A stretch of DNA of 64,000 nt, from assembly GCA_965367295.1 (NCBI GenBank), contig CBDUHN010000010.1, positions 2,906 to 66,905 on the forward strand, written 5' to 3'. The notes below the pieces were generated by a model. The model saw nothing but the letters and a program-made list of their open reading frames with translations, searched no databases and was not told the origin of the DNA. A program made the position numbers and the translations under genes. The DNA comes from an uncultured Gammaproteobacteria bacterium. GTDB lineage: Bacteria > Pseudomonadota > Gammaproteobacteria > DSM-19610. Below, piece after piece: positions 39,572-47,951 of this stretch; the stretch's first letter is position 1; the number at the start of each line of letters is the position of its first letter.

Positions 39572-40873
39572 TCAATGCCGCACTACCGGCGACCAGGCCG
39601 GTTCACGCACATCACCTTCGCTCAGCGTCAGGCGCTGCCGAAAACGTCCATCGGACGATACCGCTGCCAGGACACCGCGCTTACCGGCACCGGTGGCATA
39701 GATGATCATGCTGCCATTGGGCGCAAAGCTCGGTGACTCATCCTGACTGCCGTCGCTCAGCACCCGCAGCAGCTTGCTGTCCAGGTCCAGCACGGCAATA
39801 CGATAGGCACCGTCCACCCGGTGCACCAGCGCCAGGCGTTTACCATCCGGGGACAGGTCCGCCCCGGCGTTATAACTGCCTTCAAAGGTAAGCCGCTCGG
39901 CCCGCCCGCCGCGTACATCCATACGATAGATCTGCGGCGAGCCGCCACGGTCCGAAGTAAAGATCAGCTGGCGGCCATCCGGGGTCCAGGTCGGCTCGGT
40001 ATCGATACCGCTGCTGAAGCTGAGCCGCTGCAGCTTGCCGTCGGCAATATTCAGCAGGTACAGCTCCGGGTTGCCATCGCGGGACAGGGTGAGCGCCAGC
40101 TGACGGCCATCAGGTGACCAACTCGGGGCACCGTTGATGCCTTCAAATGCCGCCACTTCACGGCGCGCACCGGTGCCGACATTCTGCACATACACCGCCG
40201 CCTTGCGACCCTCAAAGGAAACATAGGCCAACTGCTGGCCATCGGCGGACCAGGCCGGTGACATCAGCGGCTGCGGGGAACGCAGCACGGTCTGCGGGTT
40301 ATAGCCATCGGAGTCCGCCACCTGCAGGGAGTATTGCTTACCGGCGGCGGACTTTTCCGCCGTTATGTAGGCAATGCGGGTATCAAAGGCACCGTTCTCG
40401 CCGGTCAGCGCCTTGTAGATCAGGTCACTGACGCGGTGGGCCACGCGACGCAGCTCACTGCCCCGTGCCGGGATGCTGTAGCCGACCAGCTGCCGGGCAC
40501 GAAACACGTCAAACAACTGGAACTGCACCTCATACTGATCCGGCCCCGTGGCCTGTACGCGGCCGATCACCAGGTCGCCGACCCCGAGCACGCGCCAATC
40601 CGGAAACCGTACGTCATTGCCCTGGTAGGGACGCGAAATGAGGTCCTGCTCCGGCAGCGGCGCGAAGCGGCCGCTGCGACGCAGGTCCGCCGCAACAATG
40701 GCCGCCACATTTTCCGGCGGCTGCGCGCCACCCATATTTGCGAACGGCACAATGGCGATGGGGGATGCTCCCTCCATGCCCTGGGTGATTTCGATGGTCA
40801 GGACTGCCCACGCCGCGCGGCTGCCGCACAGCAGCGACAACGACATCAGGATCAGAAAAAACTTGGCTCGCAT
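39572..40873 (-). CDS. tolB: Tol-Pal system beta-propeller protein TolB
   Basis: The 433-aa ORF has a signal peptide and repeated ..PAWSPDG.. / ..PSWSPDGRQLA.. propeller blades. Confidence 0.95.
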   Translation of the reverse strand: MRAKFFLILMSLSLLCGSRAAWAVLTIEITQGMEGASPIAIVPFANMGGAQPPENVAAIVAADLRRSGRFAPLPEQDLISRPYQGNDVRFPDWRVLGVGDLVIGRVQATGPDQYEVQFQLFDVFRARQLVGYSIPARGSELRRVAHRVSDLIYKALTGENGAFDTRIAYITAEKSAAGKQYSLQVADSDGYNPQTVLRSPQPLMSPAWSADGQQLAYVSFEGRKAAVYVQNVGTGARREVAAFEGINGAPSWSPDGRQLALTLSRDGNPELYLLNIADGKLQRLSFSSGIDTEPTWTPDGRQLIFTSDRGGSPQIYRMDVRGGRAERLTFEGSYNAGADLSPDGKRLALVHRVDGAYRIAVLDLDSKLLRVLSDGSQDESPSFAPNGSMIIYATGAGKRGVLAAVSSDGRFRQRLTLSEGDVREPAWSPVVRH

Positions 40874-40876
40874 TCA

Positions 40877-41869
40877 TCAACTCCTGTTGGGGTCGAACGT
40901 AAATTGAAATTCGCGGAACGCGTCAAACAGCTGCGGGTCCGAGGGTACCGGCAAGGGAGCGGCCTGAAACACCGCCGACTCCACCGAGCGGTCGAACACA
41001 GGGTCACCGCTGCTGCGCACGATGCGTACACTGACCACGTCACCGCCCGGGATCAGCTTCACACTCACGGTGCAGGACAAGCCCTTCCAGTTGGCCGGCA
41101 GACGCCAGTTGCGGCGCACCTTGTCCTGGATGGGCCGCGTATACTGGTTGACCGCTGCCGCCATGGCCCGCCGCCGTTCGGCATCGGCACGCGCCTGCCG
41201 CTCCGCCGCCAGCTCCGCCTGCAGGGCCTCCTCGGCCGCCTTGCGCCGCGCCTCTTCCTCGGCCTTGCGTTTGGCCTCGGCGGCTGCCTTTTGCCTGGCG
41301 GCCTCTTCGGCCTTGCGCCTGGCCTCTTCCTCGGCCTTGCGTTTCGCTTCTGCTTCCGCCTCCGCCTTGCGTTTGGCCTCGGCGGCTGCCTTTTGTCTGG
41401 CGGCCTCTTCGGCCTTGCGTTTGGCCTCAGCCGCCTCGGCCTTGCGCTTCGCCTCCTCGGCCAGGCGCTGTTGACGGACCTCTTCCTGGCGTTTGGTCTC
41501 CTGGGCCGCCTGTTGCTTCACCTGTTCCAGTCGCCGGGCTTCTTCGGCCTGCTTGCGCTTGATATCCGCCAGCCGCTGCTCTTCCTGCTCCCGTTGCTTG
41601 CGGGCCTGCTCGGCCTGCGCTTCCAGGCGCCGCTGCCGCTCCGCTTCTGCGGCACGCTTGTTATCCTCTTCCTGCTGCAGTCGCTGCACTTCCTGATCCA
41701 GCTGCGATTCGTCCACCACCGTCGCCTGCACCGGGGCGCTGCTATGCTGCGGTGCCATCTGGGTCATCTGGCTCCAGTCGACATTGATCACCAGCAACGC
41801 CAGCAACAGCAGATGGACCAGCACGGCATACAGTACCGCACGCGGATTTTCCTTCAGCATACCCCACAT
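40877..41869 (-). CDS. tolA: TolA (N-terminal anchor, long Ala/Lys/Glu-rich helix, C-terminal TonB-like domain)
   Basis: Its position is between tolR and tolB. It has the anchor VLVHLLLLALLVINV, repeats such as AKRKAEEEARRKA, and a C-terminal domain ..SGDPVFDRSVESAV... Confidence 0.85.
   Translation of the reverse strand: MWGMLKENPRAVLYAVLVHLLLLALLVINVDWSQMTQMAPQHSSAPVQATVVDESQLDQEVQRLQQEEDNKRAAEAERQRRLEAQAEQARKQREQEEQRLADIKRKQAEEARRLEQVKQQAAQETKRQEEVRQQRLAEEAKRKAEAAEAKRKAEEAARQKAAAEAKRKAEAEAEAKRKAEEEARRKAEEAARQKAAAEAKRKAEEEARRKAAEEALQAELAAERQARADAERRRAMAAAVNQYTRPIQDKVRRNWRLPANWKGLSCTVSVKLIPGGDVVSVRIVRSSGDPVFDRSVESAVFQAAPLPVPSDPQLFDAFREFQFTFDPNRS
41262..41419. repeat. Near-perfect 56-nt direct repeat with 102-nt period inside tolA
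   Basis: gccttgcgtttggcctcggcggctgccttttgYctggcggcctcttcggccttgcg occurs at 41262..41317 and 41364..41419 with one mismatch. This is a 34-codon duplication in the helical domain. Confidence 0.8.
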
Positions 41870-41877
41870 AACGAGTG

Positions 41878-42306
41878 CTAACGCCCCCCGTCGGGCAGGT
41901 CTGTGACCAGCCCGACGCTGGCCGCACCGGCTCCCTGCAACAGCACCATGGCGTTGACCACGTGCTCATACGCCGCGCTACGATCACCCCGCACCATGAC
42001 AGCAATATCCGGACGGCGACGCAACACCGCCGCGGTGCGCAGCTGCAGATCGCCGGCACTCACCGGCTCCTCGGGATCACCGCCGATGTTCAGGTACATC
42101 GTGCCCTCGGCATCCACCGTCACCACCAGTGGGTCCACCTGCTCCGGGGCAAGCGGTTTGGCGGAAGCCGTCGGCAGTTCCACCTCCACCCCCTGGTTGA
42201 GCAGCGGTGCCGTCACCATGAAGATGACCAGCATCACCAGCATGACGTCGATATAGGGCACGACGTTCATCTCGGCGACGGGACGTTTGCGAATTCGATG
42301 GCGCAT
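41878..42306 (-). CDS. tolR: TolR (ExbD/TolR family)
   Basis: The 142-aa ORF begins ..MNVVPYIDVMLVMLVIFMVTAP... Confidence 0.9.
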   Translation of the reverse strand: MRHRIRKRPVAEMNVVPYIDVMLVMLVIFMVTAPLLNQGVEVELPTASAKPLAPEQVDPLVVTVDAEGTMYLNIGGDPEEPVSAGDLQLRTAAVLRRRPDIAVMVRGDRSAAYEHVVNAMVLLQGAGAASVGLVTDLPDGGR

Positions 42307-42336
42307 GCGGTCAGCCCTGCTGTTCCCTGCCCGGCA

Positions 42337-43011
42337 TTACTGGTGTGCCTGACGTTGCAGAATGGTGGCGAATTCCTCCGTGAAGGCCTCATAGTGCGCG
42401 ATGAGCCGTTCCACCTCGTTGGCGTAGCGGTTATAGGCCACCACCGCCGGAATGGCGGCGAACAGCCCCATGGCGGTGGCGATCAGCGCCTCGGCAATCC
42501 CCGGTGCCACCATGGCCAGTGTCGCCTGCTGTACATTGGCCAGGCCGCGAAACGCGTTCATGATGCCCCACACGGTGCCGAACAGACCGACATAGGGGCT
42601 GGTGGAGCCCACGGTGGCCAGAAAGGACAGGTGCCGCTCCAATTCATCCACTTCCCAGGACAGGGACACGCGCATGGCCCGCTGGGCGCCTTCCACCACG
42701 TCCATAGGTTCCATGCCCTTCTGGCCTCGCAGCCGGGCATATTCCTTGAAACCAGCCAGAAACAGGCTTTCCAGGCCACTGGCTTCCTCCTCGCGGCCGG
42801 ACATGTCCCGAAACAGTTTGGCAAGATCGCCGCCGGACCAGAAGCGGTCCTCAAAGGCCTTGGCCTCGGCCCGGGCCTCGCGCAGGGAGGCGCGCTTGCG
42901 GAAGATGATGGTCCAGGACACCAGCGAGACCAGCAGCAGCAACAACATTACCAGCTGGACAATCAAACTGGCGTTGGTAATCAGATGGGTAAAGGACAGG
43001 TCAGCGGCCAC
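42337..43011 (-). CDS. tolQ: TolQ (MotA/TolQ/ExbB proton channel)
   Basis: The GTG start at 43011 (VAADLSFTHLITNASLIVQLVMLLLL..) aligns with the E. coli TolQ N-terminus. The longer ORF to 43128 would overlap ybgC by about 130 nt. Confidence 0.88.
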   Translation of the reverse strand: MAADLSFTHLITNASLIVQLVMLLLLLVSLVSWTIIFRKRASLREARAEAKAFEDRFWSGGDLAKLFRDMSGREEEASGLESLFLAGFKEYARLRGQKGMEPMDVVEGAQRAMRVSLSWEVDELERHLSFLATVGSTSPYVGLFGTVWGIMNAFRGLANVQQATLAMVAPGIAEALIATAMGLFAAIPAVVAYNRYANEVERLIAHYEAFTEEFATILQRQAHQ

Positions 43012-43414
43012 GGGAAAGTTCCTGGAAAATGAAATCGGGGATGGAATGCGGGCGAAGGGTTGCGGCGTCCAGGCAGGCAATACGCACCGATGCGGTGCAG
43101 AATACGCGCCCGGGATCGTCGGCATCATAGACCGACTGGGAAAACACCAGGCTGGCGCGGCGGCATTCTGCCACTTCCGCGGTCACTAGCAAAGCATCAT
43201 CCAGTCGCGCGGGTTTGAGAAACTCCGTCTCGGCCGATCGCACGGCAAACAAAACCCCCTGTTCGCGGCTCAGGGCATGCTGTTCGACGCCCATACTGCG
43301 CAGGCGCTCGGTACGTGCCCGCTCCATGAACCGCAGGTAATTGGCGTAATACACCACGCCGCCGGAATCCGTGTCTTCGTAATACACGCGCACCGGCCAT
43401 GTAAAAATCGACAC
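43001..43414 (-). CDS. ybgC: Tol-Pal-associated acyl-CoA thioesterase YbgC
   Basis: ..FTWPVRVYYEDTDSGGVVYYANYLRFMERARTE.. closely matches E. coli YbgC. The GTG start at 43414 is preferred; an ATG at 43489 is possible. Confidence 0.85.
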   Translation of the reverse strand: MSIFTWPVRVYYEDTDSGGVVYYANYLRFMERARTERLRSMGVEQHALSREQGVLFAVRSAETEFLKPARLDDALLVTAEVAECRRASLVFSQSVYDADDPGRVFCTASVRIACLDAATLRPHSIPDFIFQELSRGR

Positions 43415-43499
43415 CTTGCTGTGTATCCCTGTCAATGACCGCAAACCTGCGGAAAAATTCCCGAAATATCGGGGGATGGACCGCACCAAGGGCTATAGC

Positions 43500-43766
43500 T
43501 TACCGTTGCGCAGGCGGGGCATCCAGCGCTGCTTGAAATTCCAGGGAATTGAGTTGTCCATCACGGTCATGATCGGCATGCTGGAAAGACCTCCTGCTTG
43601 CCACCCGGCCGTCCAGCTCACCTGCGGAAATATAGCCATCCCGGTTGTAATCCAGAATATCGAAACGCGCCTGGGGAAACCCGTCATCGGATTGCTGAAA
43701 TAACGGCACGGCCAGGGTCCCAACGGCCAACACCAGGATCAAATGGAAGCTACGAAGACTGCGCAT
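43500..43766 (-). CDS. Secreted EF-hand calcium-binding protein (two EF loops), copy 2
   Basis: It has a signal peptide (MRSLRSFHLILVLAVGTLA) and two canonical 12-residue loops, DYNRDGYISAGE and DHDRDGQLNSLE. Confidence 0.75.
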   Translation of the reverse strand: MRSLRSFHLILVLAVGTLAVPLFQQSDDGFPQARFDILDYNRDGYISAGELDGRVASRRSFQHADHDRDGQLNSLEFQAALDAPPAQR

Positions 43767-43903
43767 GCTGATAAATTCCGTTATCCGTCAGAAAAAGGCT
43801 CAAACAAAAAAAAGCGTGGCAAGCGCCACGCAGAAAATCCCATTGGGATTCAGAAGGTACAAACAACGCACAAACACAGGAGAAGAATTTCACTCGGACG
43901 GAA

Positions 43904-44167
43904 TTATTCTCCGCCGACTTGCGGCAGTGCCGCGGCGAGTTCTGCCGGATTCAGCTGACCATCCCGGTCCCGGTCGGCAGCATCAAAGCCCTGCACCAGT
44001 CCCGTAATGGATCGCGCCTCAGCGCGGCTCACCGTGCCGTTCTGATCGCTGTCGAGCTGCTTGAACACCATGGGATCCCGTGCGGGATCCATACCCCACA
44101 TACCGGCCCAGGCAGCATTGGCAACGGTCATCAGACTCAACGCAGCAATACCAAATGGTTCTTTCAT
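43904..44167 (-). CDS. Secreted EF-hand calcium-binding protein (two EF loops), copy 1
   Basis: The ATG at 44167 has GGAGGTG 5 nt upstream. The product has a signal peptide (MKEPFGIAALSLMTVANAAWA) and the loops DSDQNGTVSRAE and DRDRDGQLNPAE. Confidence 0.75.
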   Translation of the reverse strand: MKEPFGIAALSLMTVANAAWAGMWGMDPARDPMVFKQLDSDQNGTVSRAEARSITGLVQGFDAADRDRDGQLNPAELAAALPQVGGE

Positions 44168-44336
44168 CGCACCTCCTTCACGGGACTCCCGCATTGGAAA
44201 ATAGAAGGCGGTAGTCCCGTGCCGGCCTTGGGCGCCATTCCGTCGGCTCTCCGTTCGGCGCGGCCCGGGGTACCGCTGGAGGGAATAGAGCAAGGGCTAT
44301 GCCAGCCGTCAGCTAAGTAATAGTAAACAGTGTATT

Positions 44337-44352
44337 AGCGGGAAAATTGCCA
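44337..44352 (-). promoter_or_regulatory. Candidate sigma-54 (-24/-12) promoter reading toward the EF-hand genes
   Basis: The minus-strand sequence is TGGCAATTTTCCCGCT. The GG and GC sit at the spacing of the consensus TGGCAC-N5-TTGCW. The element lies about 170 nt upstream of ATG 44167 and downstream of a sigma-54 activator gene. Confidence 0.45.
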
Positions 44353-44380
44353 TTCAGGCGGCAGCCGAACCGGACCAATC

Positions 44381-44398
44381 TGTCACTCCCTGGCGACA
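44381..44398. promoter_or_regulatory. Perfect TGTC-N10-GACA palindrome (GlrR-type activator site), with two further CGACAG half-sites upstream
   Basis: TGTCactccctggcGACA lies at 44381..44398. CGACAG is repeated at 44461..44466 and 44480..44485. Confidence 0.4.
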
Positions 44399-44561
44399 GA
44401 CAAAAAGGGGATTGGAAGGGAAATGTAATCCTTGCAGGAAGTTAGCACGTTGCCATTCGCCGACAGACTTGGAAACAACCGACAGGGGCATTCGCGCAGA
44501 ACTGACAAGACAGGGTACGCACATCAAATGACGCGCCGGCAAGGGCCGGGCGGCCGCTACT

Positions 44562-45926
44562 CTAGCCGCGCGCCTCTTTGAACTGCGCAGGCTGCAGGTG
44601 GTGTTTGTGCAGCAGTTTGTAGAACTCGGTACGGTTGCGCTTGGCGATGCGGGCGGCATGGGTCACGTTGCCATTGGTGATCTGCAGCAACTGGGTGAGG
44701 TAATCGCGCTCGAACTGGCTGCGGGCATCGGCAAAGGCCATGATCTCACCGGACTTGTCACGCAGCGCCCGCTGCACCAGGCTGGCGGGGATCAGCGGCG
44801 TGGTGGAAAAGGCCACCGCCTGCTCCACCACGTTGTAGAACTGGCGCACGTTGCCGGGCCAGGGGGCCGCCAGTAGCAGTTCCATGGCCTCCGGCGCAAA
44901 ACCCTTGATGCGTTTCCGGCCGGTGCTGGAGATCTGTTCCAGAAAATAACTGGCCAGGAGCGGAATATCTTCGCGCCGCTCCGCCAGGGTCGGCAGTTCC
45001 AGCGTCACCACATTGAGGCGATAGTACAGGTCCTCGCGGAACTCACCCTCTTCCAGGGCCTCGTCGAGATCGCGGTGTGTGGCGGAAATGATCCGCACAT
45101 CCACCTCCACGGAATGGGTCGAACCCACCGGCCGCACCGTGCGCTCCTGCAGGGCACGCAGTAATTTCACCTGAAAACTGAGCGGCATATCGCCGATCTC
45201 ATCCAGGAACAGCGTGCCGCCATGGGCGGCCTGAAACAGCCCCTTGTGCTCACGGTTGGCGCCGGTAAAGGCCCCCCGGGCATGCCCGAACAGCTCGGAT
45301 TCCATCAGGGATTCGGGGATAGCACTGCAATTCACCGCCACAAACGGCCCTTCGCTGCGCGGACTCGCCTTGTGCACCGCCCGCGCCAGCAGTTCCTTGC
45401 CGGTACCACTCTGGCCATGAATGAATACGCTGGCATCGCTCTCGGCGATCAGCCGCGCCTGCCCCAGCAGGTCTTCCATCACCGGGCTGCGGGTCACAAT
45501 ATCGCGGCGCCACTCGGCATGCAGATCCTGTTGTCCGCCCAACCGGGTTTCACCACTCACCTTCAGCGCACGATCCACCTGGGTCAACAGCACCTGGCTG
45601 TCGAAGGGTTTGGTGAGAAAACTGAACACCCCCTTGCTGGTGGCATCCACGGCATCGGGAATAGTGCCATGGGCAGTGAGAATCACCACCGGCAGGGCCG
45701 GACTGCGGGCATGAATCATGTCAAACAGGGTCATACCGTCCATGCCGCCCATGCGCAGGTCGGTAATCACCAAGTGAGGGCGAAACACCGACAGCTGCGC
45801 CAGCGCCTGTTCGCCGCCTTCCACCGCCGCCACTTCATAACCCGCTGCCGACAGACGCATGGACAGCAGCCGCAACAGGCCACGATCGTCATCTACCAAT
45901 AGAATTCGGTACCTGGAGGCACTCAT
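44562..45926 (-). CDS. Sigma-54-dependent response regulator (NtrC family, GlrR/QseF-like)
   Basis: It has a receiver domain (ILLVDDD.. and ..VITDLRMGGMDG), an AAA+ domain with GESGTGKE-like GQSGTGKELLA and the GAFTGA motif, and a C-terminal Fis-type HTH. Confidence 0.9.
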   Translation of the reverse strand: MSASRYRILLVDDDRGLLRLLSMRLSAAGYEVAAVEGGEQALAQLSVFRPHLVITDLRMGGMDGMTLFDMIHARSPALPVVILTAHGTIPDAVDATSKGVFSFLTKPFDSQVLLTQVDRALKVSGETRLGGQQDLHAEWRRDIVTRSPVMEDLLGQARLIAESDASVFIHGQSGTGKELLARAVHKASPRSEGPFVAVNCSAIPESLMESELFGHARGAFTGANREHKGLFQAAHGGTLFLDEIGDMPLSFQVKLLRALQERTVRPVGSTHSVEVDVRIISATHRDLDEALEEGEFREDLYYRLNVVTLELPTLAERREDIPLLASYFLEQISSTGRKRIKGFAPEAMELLLAAPWPGNVRQFYNVVEQAVAFSTTPLIPASLVQRALRDKSGEIMAFADARSQFERDYLTQLLQITNGNVTHAARIAKRNRTEFYKLLHKHHLQPAQFKEARG

Positions 45927-46456
45927 GGCTTCACTCCCTGCAGCGCCTTCTGGCGCTGTTTGATGCTTTGTTCGATGGAGGTCACTGCCTCCAGCTGGGT
46001 TTCCAGTTCCTGAATGCGGCTGTCCCGCTCGGCCACGACCTTGCGTTCATCACGCAACTGCCCCAGCGCCCATTGTTTTTCCTGCAACTGCTGCTTCAGC
46101 AGTTTGACCAGTACCGCCGCGTCAGCGCCCATGAGCAAGGGGTCGATTTCGTCCAGCAGTGCCAGCGCCGCCGTATCATTGCGCACCTCCTCGCCCCCCA
46201 GGGCGCGTACCAGCGCCAGGCGCAGCCGGGTAACGGTCGTGGCCTCGTTGCGGTAGGCATGCTGCCGGGCCCGCAGGGCCGCAGCCTGCTCCTCTGCGGG
46301 CAGCTGCTGTACCTGGCGCACCTCGTCCAGCCAGTCCGGCCCACTAATGCGTCCGGACAGTTCTGTCAGTGTTACCGGGGGCCGCGGCTGCCATTGGGCA
46401 CAGCCCGCCATGGCCAACAACAGGCCGCCGGCCATCACCACGCGCAAGCCGATCAT
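45923..46456 (-). CDS. Lipoprotein encoded between the kinase and regulator genes (positional equivalent of QseG/YfhG)
   Basis: It has the lipobox LLAMAGC and a C-terminal coiled coil. ATGA start/stop overlaps join it to both neighbours. No sequence family was recognised beyond its position. Confidence 0.6.
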   Translation of the reverse strand: MIGLRVVMAGGLLLAMAGCAQWQPRPPVTLTELSGRISGPDWLDEVRQVQQLPAEEQAAALRARQHAYRNEATTVTRLRLALVRALGGEEVRNDTAALALLDEIDPLLMGADAAVLVKLLKQQLQEKQWALGQLRDERKVVAERDSRIQELETQLEAVTSIEQSIKQRQKALQGVKP

Positions 46457-47898
46457 CCCGTTGCCTTTTCCTTGGGCAGGGTAATGCGCAGACAGGCACC
46501 GGGAGCACCACAGTCGACCACTTCGATCCGGCCACCATGGGCCTGCACAAATTCCTTGGCGATAGAAAGTCCCAATCCTGTTCCCCTGATATGACTGTTA
46601 CTGCTGTGTTGCCCTTGATAAAAGGCCTCGAACACCCGCTCGCGGTCGGTATCCGGTATCCCTGCGCCGGTATCCATCACCTCAAGCTGCGCGGCAGAAC
46701 CGGTATCCTCGAGCGCGACAGTTACGGTACCACCCTCGGGCGCGAATTTCGCCGCGTTGGACAACAGATTATCCACCACGGTACGAATTTTCTCCTCATC
46801 CCCCGCCACTTCCACCGCTTCCAGGTGGCACTCCAGCCGCAGGTGACGGGCCAGCAGGGCCATTTTATGGTCTGCCAGCACCTCTTCCACCAATGGCTTC
46901 AGGGCTACGGGACGATACATCATCACCGCACTGCGTGCTGTAGCCATGCTCACATTCAGCAGATCCTCGATGAGTTTCTGCAGCTGCACGGTGTTTTCCT
47001 GCAGGATCTCGGCGATCTCGCGCTGCTGGGCATTGAGCTTGCCCACCACTTCTTCGCCCAGCAGCCCCGCGCCCTCGCGGATGGCGGTCAGCGGGGTCTT
47101 GAGCTCGTGGGAGATATGGCGCAGGAATTTGGTCTTTTCCGCCTCCAGCTCCTGCAGCCGTACCCGCAGCCACTCCAGCCGTTCACCCAGCTGTTCCAGG
47201 TCCCGCGGGCCACGAATGGTCAGCGGCGCCGCCAGTTCCTCGTTGCCCAGTCGCCGGATGGCATGATCCAGCTGGCGCATGGGGCGTGCGATCAGGGCTG
47301 CGAAGATACCGGTCAGCAGCAGCGCCGCCGGCACCAACGCCACCGCCTGCAGCACCAGTACCCGCTGGGTTTTCTGGGCGGTACTCTGCATGGCTTCCAC
47401 CTCGCGCTGGATGCCCTTTTGACTCTGGGATAAAAACTGCTCCGCCAGCACGGCCAAGGCCGCAAACCGTTCCACATCCACAGTGGTTTTCGGTTCCTGG
47501 GCGACCTGATCGGCCAGCTGCCGATACATGGTCCACTCCTCCACTTCCAGCTGATCGAGCAGGGTGCGCTGGGGCACGGACAGGGGCAGATCCTGGAGAA
47601 TCTTCACCGTGCTCTGGAAGATCTCGTGATTTTCCGCATACACCTCGTACAGCGCCGGTTCGCCCAGCACCTGGTACTGGCGCGCATTGCGCTCCATGGC
47701 GGTGATAGCCTCCACCAGTCCCTGACTGTTCTGGGTCGCCTGTACCGCCTGGTAGACCGCCCGCTGGCTCTGGTTTGCAAGCCGGTCAACGGACAGGGCC
47801 GCATTCACCAGTGCCACCATCAACGGTACCGCGACCAGACCAAAGCCGATCAGGATCAGACGCAGAATGGATTTGGGTCGGTAGAGTCGCACACGCAT
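46453..47898 (-). CDS. Sensor histidine kinase (two TM, periplasmic helical domain, HAMP, HisKA, HATPase; GlrK/QseE-like)
   Basis: The H-box is FLRHISHELKTPLTAI. The N and G boxes are ..NLLSNAAKF.. and ..DTGAGIP.. with ..GTGLGLSIAKE... Confidence 0.88.
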   Translation of the reverse strand: MRVRLYRPKSILRLILIGFGLVAVPLMVALVNAALSVDRLANQSQRAVYQAVQATQNSQGLVEAITAMERNARQYQVLGEPALYEVYAENHEIFQSTVKILQDLPLSVPQRTLLDQLEVEEWTMYRQLADQVAQEPKTTVDVERFAALAVLAEQFLSQSQKGIQREVEAMQSTAQKTQRVLVLQAVALVPAALLLTGIFAALIARPMRQLDHAIRRLGNEELAAPLTIRGPRDLEQLGERLEWLRVRLQELEAEKTKFLRHISHELKTPLTAIREGAGLLGEEVVGKLNAQQREIAEILQENTVQLQKLIEDLLNVSMATARSAVMMYRPVALKPLVEEVLADHKMALLARHLRLECHLEAVEVAGDEEKIRTVVDNLLSNAAKFAPEGGTVTVALEDTGSAAQLEVMDTGAGIPDTDRERVFEAFYQGQHSSNSHIRGTGLGLSIAKEFVQAHGGRIEVVDCGAPGACLRITLPKEKATG

Positions 47899-47951
47899 GA
47901 CCGGCGGTGACAGGCATCAGAACCTGGCGAAACTCCTGTCTTCCACCTGGC

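Noticed and set aside
41195-41700. A regularly repeating sequence that could be mistaken for a CRISPR or tandem-repeat array.
   Set aside because: The repeats lie inside the tolA reading frame, encode the AKRKAEEEARRKA helical domain, have no unique spacers and are not flanked by cas genes.
40334-41881. 515-aa ORF on the plus strand.
   Set aside because: It is antisense to tolB and tolA. Its repetitive Leu/Gly/Arg/Phe tail is simply the complement of the TolA Ala/Lys/Glu repeats.
43919-44320. 133-aa plus-strand ORF, and the long N-terminal extension of the minus ORF 43904..44293.
   Set aside because: The EF-hand protein has a clean signal peptide and a GGAGGTG ribosome-binding site at the internal ATG 44167. 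The extension and the antisense ORF lack any features and overlap the predicted leader and promoter.
44441-44455. TGGCAACGTGCTAAC on the minus strand, a second sigma-54 look-alike near the EF-hand genes.
   Set aside because: The GC dinucleotide falls at the wrong spacing relative to the GG. The element at 44337..44352 fits much better.
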